A stretch of DNA of 64,000 nt from the human T2T-CHM13v2.0 reference genome, Homo sapiens. Position 1 is the first letter of the stretch. Each line of letters opens with the position of its first letter. The translations under genes and the position numbers were made by a program. The stretch lies in NCBI RefSeq assembly GCF_009914755.1, contig NC_060934.1, one strand, 5' to 3'. The notes under the pieces were generated by a model. The model worked only from the letters and a program-made list of their open reading frames with translations, was not told the DNA's origin and searched no databases. Shown in pieces: positions 59,137 through 64,000 of this stretch.

Positions 59137-59844
59137 CAGGGGTCCCCAACCCTCGAGCTGCAGACTGGTGCCAGTTCATGGCCTGTTAGGAACCAGGCCG
59201 CACAGCAGAAGATGAGCAGTGGGTGAGTGTATTAGCCCATTTTCATGCTGTTATGAAGAAATAGTCAAGACTGAATAATTTATAAAGAAAAGAGATTTAA
59301 TTGACTCACAGTTTCACATGGCTAGAGAGGCTTCAGGAAACTTACAACTGTGGTGGAAGGCACCTCTTCACAGGGTGGCAGGAGAAAGAATGAGTGTCGA
59401 GCGAAGGGGGAAGGCCCTTATAAAACCATCAGATGTCATGAGAACTCACTCACTATCATGAGAATAGCATAGGGGAAACTGCTCTCATGATTTAATTATC
59501 TCCACCTGTTCCTGCCCTTAACACTTGGGGGATTATAATTCAAGGTGAGATTTGGGTGGGGACCCAGAGCCAAACCATATCAGTGAGACAGTATTAACGC
59601 CCAAACTCTGCCTCCTATCAGATCAGTGGTGGCATTAGATTCTCATAGAAGTGCAAACCCTAATGTGAACTGCATTTGTGAGGGATCTAGGTTGCATGCT
59701 CCTTATGAGAATCTAATGCCTGATGGTCTGAGGTGGAGCAGTTTCATCCCCAAACTGTCATCCTGCATGCCCTCCACCTCAGTCCATAGAAAAATTGTCT
59801 TCCGTGAAACCAGTCTCTGGTGCCAAAAAGGTTGGGGACCACTG
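59137..59844 (+). mobile_element. MER1B-like hAT-Charlie DNA transposon, split by a MaLR LTR
   Basis: TIRs CAGGGGTCCCCAACC / GGTTGGGGACCACTG and perfect 8-bp TSD CAGTAAAG (59129-36, 59845-52). Confidence 0.92.
59228..59582 (-). mobile_element. THE1D/MSTA-like solo LTR nested in MER1
   Basis: TGTATTAG...CCATATCA and perfect TSD GTGAG (59223-27, 59583-87). Confidence 0.92.
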
Positions 59845-62194
59845 CAGTAAAGTACTCTTTGACCAAAAATATCTTTCCTGATGGCCTTGTCAAGTTTCAT
59901 GAAAATCCAACATTAATCACTTCTTGTCCTAAAGAAAGAGTTCAACAACCTGACTAGGAATATGAGCTCTGTAACTCACCGGGGTCATCATCGAAGAACT
60001 ACTCAATATTTTTTTAATTTGAGGCTTATAAGAGAATATATTGCATGTTTCTGTGTTTTAATTTATTAGGCCTCTTCATCATAGTATCCAGGCAAGTTAT
60101 AGGGAATGTTATTTTTATACTTTCTTGATGAGGTATCTGTGAGATAAGGAATGACCACATGTAGCCCTTGAACCAAAGGTAAGAAAGGCATTAGGGACCC
60201 AACATATGAGCTAACATGGAAAACTGCTAGCACAGTACATGGCATATAATAAGTGGTCAATACACAGTTAAATAATTGAATACACATACACACACATATA
60301 AAAACATAACATTAATCATGCATGTAAAGAGATAGCTCCTAAGCACCACTGGTCTTTAGCACCTTATCTCAAATATTTCATTATATTAGGTTAACCAGTG
60401 ACTTTAGCTAGGACCTTTGGAGAATGAATTCTACAATAGGAGGAAATTAGTTGCCTAATAGGGAGAAACAGAAAGGATATAGAGCAAAGATAAAATTTAC
60501 TTAATTTATAATTGTAAATATAGCAAAAGACCCCAAATTCCTAATTCTCTTGTAGTCTTGTGGCCCCTTTGGAGAGAGGAGCTAAGACGTGGTGCTGATC
60601 TCTTAGAGAAAATATAAATATGACTTAAAAATTCTGTTAAAATATGAAGTGATTTAAAAATCTTTATTTAGACCGAGGCCCACAGTAAACAAATGACTCG
60701 TGAAGACCAACAGAATGTATTCAAATAACATGATTTGAAATTGTGCTGGCAGCCCAGAGACCTTGTTCCTGGCATTGCTCTTGAAATTGGTAATCACATG
60801 TGAGTTAGCAGGATCTGACATCTGGATAGTAGCAGGATTTCAGAATAACCAAGTACTGATGTTTCGCTGTCTCTTCAAATCCAGGTTGTTCCCTTCCAGG
60901 TTGATGAAACACAAGCTTGTGACTAGCTCATCTTCCTCACGTTCATCTATCTTAGTATGGATTCTGTCTTCAGTGAAACTGCTTTTATCTTTTGTGTGGA
61001 TATAGTACCAGTCTTTCATTCTTATTTCTTTGGCCTTTTGGATTGACTTCAGCCTGTGTACATTTCCAAATCCAAATTTACAAGTGACCCATATCCAGAA
61101 ATGACAATCTCTACTTACCTAACTCTAGTGCTATTGATATGAGAAGATGCGACGGGAGGAAAAAAGACAACAAAGTAATTAGAGACATAAAGAGTATGCA
61201 GTTCTGGAAGAAAAAGAAGGGAAGCTCATTGAAAGCAGTACAGTTTAGGGATTCTGGCTGAGCTCTACAGCAAATGTTAAGCAAGGCTGACTTGTCTCTG
61301 GGATGAGTCTTAGTTTTCTTGCTTTGCTTGAGTCTCACACTCTCTTCCTACTCTGTTTCATGGCTGGGGAGTCGGGACATTTGCTTTCTGTAGACTAAGC
61401 TCAGTATCAGTCTCTAGTATCTATTCCAAACTTAGACGGAATAGATTAAAAGAGCTTGAACACCACAGTCTCATAAATAGCATCGTCACTTTCACCACTG
61501 GTCTGACTTCAACCTTGTAGTCTCATTCTGAAGCTAGGCTTTTACTGTATTATAGGAACCTAGTCCTAATCGGTTTTACTCTAGTTGTAGAAGAAAGATT
61601 CTCCATCCAATTGCCGGTCTTATGTTTTTGCCTCAGTAATTTGCTCAATTTTCATATATTTTTCATTAGTCTTATTTGTAGGGACTAATGAAAAATGCGA
61701 ATTGAACATATTTCCAGATCTCAGATTCTTTCATTTCACTTGTCCTAAAAATGGGCTGTGGACTGAGATATAACACTTCAGTCCTCCAAAAATCTTCCTT
61801 TTCCTCCACTAGCTGAAATACTAATTTATTAGACTTTTCCTCTTATTTAACATAATTTTATATATTTGCATTATTTTACTTTACTAGACTGCTAATTAGA
61901 GACTTATTTATATTAACAATCATCTTTCCCCAAATATTAAAGACCTCTGGCAGGGAAATTTGACTATTAATTAGCTCAGTGTGGTAGGAAGAATGTCTGA
62001 AACTTCACTTACCAACATAATAGTGACAATTTTCTTTGCATGGTAGAATTATTTGTAATTTTTGTTTTCTTTTTGCTTCCGTGTTTTCTTTTTTCCCTAA
62101 GTAAAAATACATTTCTTACACAAAATCATAATGTTTTAAAAATAAAATATAACATTCAGAACATATTCCTACCTGGCTTTTAGCAAATTTAGAA

Positions 62195-62990
62195 ACTTTG
62201 ATAAGATACAAGGTGTTTACATTGCCTCTAAGTATCTCTCCACAAATTACTATTTACAAAGAAAAAAGTAACCTGCAGTGAACAGACTGGTGGCACACCA
62301 CCTTCCCAAGTAATTAATCAAAGTAGCATCATCAATTATTGGGACAAACTGACTCTTTGTGCCTCCTGGTATGTTACACTGAGGACACAGCATTATTTTT
62401 ATCGTGTTCCTGCCAAAAGTTAATAATCTGAATCTAATCATGAGGAAATATCAGGCACATCAAAACTGAGGGACATTCTACAAAATAACAGGTCTGTGCT
62501 TTCCAAAAATCTCAAAGTCGAAAAGAACAAAGAAATGCTGAGAAACTGTTTCAAATCAGAGGCTAAGAAACATGGCAAGTAAATTCAATGCATGATCCTA
62601 GATTTCACCCTAGATGGAGAAAAGTAGCCGCAAAGGACATTATTCTGGCAATTGATGAAATTTGAATATGGGCTATGTATTAGATGATAATATTGTATCA
62701 GTATTAAATTTCCAACTTTGATAACTGTAATGTGGTTTTGTGCAAGGATGCCCTTTTCATAGGACATGCTAGCTGAAGTGTCTATGGGTAAAGGGATATA
62801 GAATCTCCATCCTATACTCACATGGTTCAGGAAGAATAGTATATGTTTAAATTTATAAACATCTATCAAGACAATATGAATGGTAAAGTAAATACAGCAG
62901 AATGTAAATAATTGATGAATCTGGGTAAAGAATATATTGGATTTATTTCTACTATTCTTGTAGATTTTCTGTAAAATTTAAATGATATCA
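62195..62990 (+). mobile_element. L1MC4/5-type 3' end
   Basis: 'ctgaatctaatcatgaggaaatatcag...gggacattctacaaaataac...aatgcatgatcctagat...aaggacattatt'. Confidence 0.75.
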
Positions 62991-64000
62991 CAGTTATAAA
63001 TTACAAAATCTAACTTTCAGAATATCTGTTTAAATTCAAAGGACTTAAATATTTCAATAATTGTAGCTTTGGTGGGTTAATTAGATATTTGTGATTTGGA
63101 GCTAAAATTCACTTACCAAAGTGAATTTATTGCTATCAAAAGAGACATGGCTTTAAATTATTTTAATATAAAAATATTATATACTCATTCAATAAACTTT
63201 GGAATGTATACAAAGTAGAATTTTAAAGACCATTCAAAGTCTATTTTTCATTTAATTCTCTTCAGTTTATAGTTTGTAGGCAAATGTCTGTATATATCAT
63301 CTTTCTAAAAATTTGGAATTATATTTATTTAAAATATACATAGTTTTCTTGAACATAATTTTAATAGTTACATAGAATTCCATTGAATAAATGCACTGTG
63401 GTTTGCTTAACCATTCTAAGGTTTATACTTTTACTAGTTTCTATAAATATAAGACTATATTTATACAAAAATATCTAGAAGTTTTATGTTTTTTTCTTGT
63501 CAATGAAATAAAATTAAGGCAAGCAAATAAGTTAACATACTGTTCACAAATTGTCACAATTTATTTTGGCAGGCTTACAATTACAGGTGAACGTTTTAGA
63601 TTCCTCAGATGGCCTGTAAATGCTACTGTAACCTTCTCCCAATGTCCTTCTTTATGTTTTTTCTCAAGGCAACACTCATATAGGAAACTAAACAGCTGCT
63701 ACTGCCAAAGCTATATAGCTTTATACATTTTCCATTTGTCTTCAGGAAGTATTTGTTTTATCTGAAAGTTCTAAGTCTCATCTTCAAGGGTTTTTAGATT
63801 TCAGCAAGGCAGATTGGCATTCTGTGCATGGAGGATGTGTTTCTAGTTGCTCAGAACTGAGATTTCCAAATCAAATTTTGATGCAACATGGTTTCATCAA
63901 ACAGATTTGCCCATAGGTGCCAAAGTCAGCTGTGCTAACTCATATTCTTAATGTGTTTTTCTAGTTTGTTTCCAGCACCTTGAAAAATACTACTTTAATT

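Noticed and set aside
63391-63765. 124-aa ORF in unique AT-rich DNA
   Set aside because: No recognisable domain or convincing splice structure; consistent with chance.

Overview
AT-rich, CpG-depleted hominoid (most likely human) genomic DNA dominated by retroelements. The only host coding sequence I can support is a 103-bp internal exon at 56155-56257 (+), CMPIKGLGFVLGAYECICKAGFYHPGVLPVNNFR. I recognise this as the cysteine-rich extracellular stalk segment of GPR158 (exon 3 from memory), so the window is almost entirely GPR158 intron, transcribed on +. The intron holds layered insertions: old L1M/L2/MIR, MaLR LTRs, two complete THE1 elements (one nested in a MER52 LTR), a MER1 DNA transposon, Alus, a young 5'-inverted L1PA2/3 with a perfect 15-bp TSD, and an antisense tailless 7SK retrocopy. 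All other ORFs in the track are repeat-derived or chance. I found no convincing novel multi-gene system. The best second-look items are: a ~32-bp CpG-dense segment that does not fit its L2 host, a FLAM monomer that appears to carry a ~140-nt 3' transduction, a short 3' transduction on the inverted L1, and candidate regulatory or RNA-structure elements around the exon. Repeat subfamily calls were made by eye from remembered consensus sequences, and boundaries of old elements are approximate.
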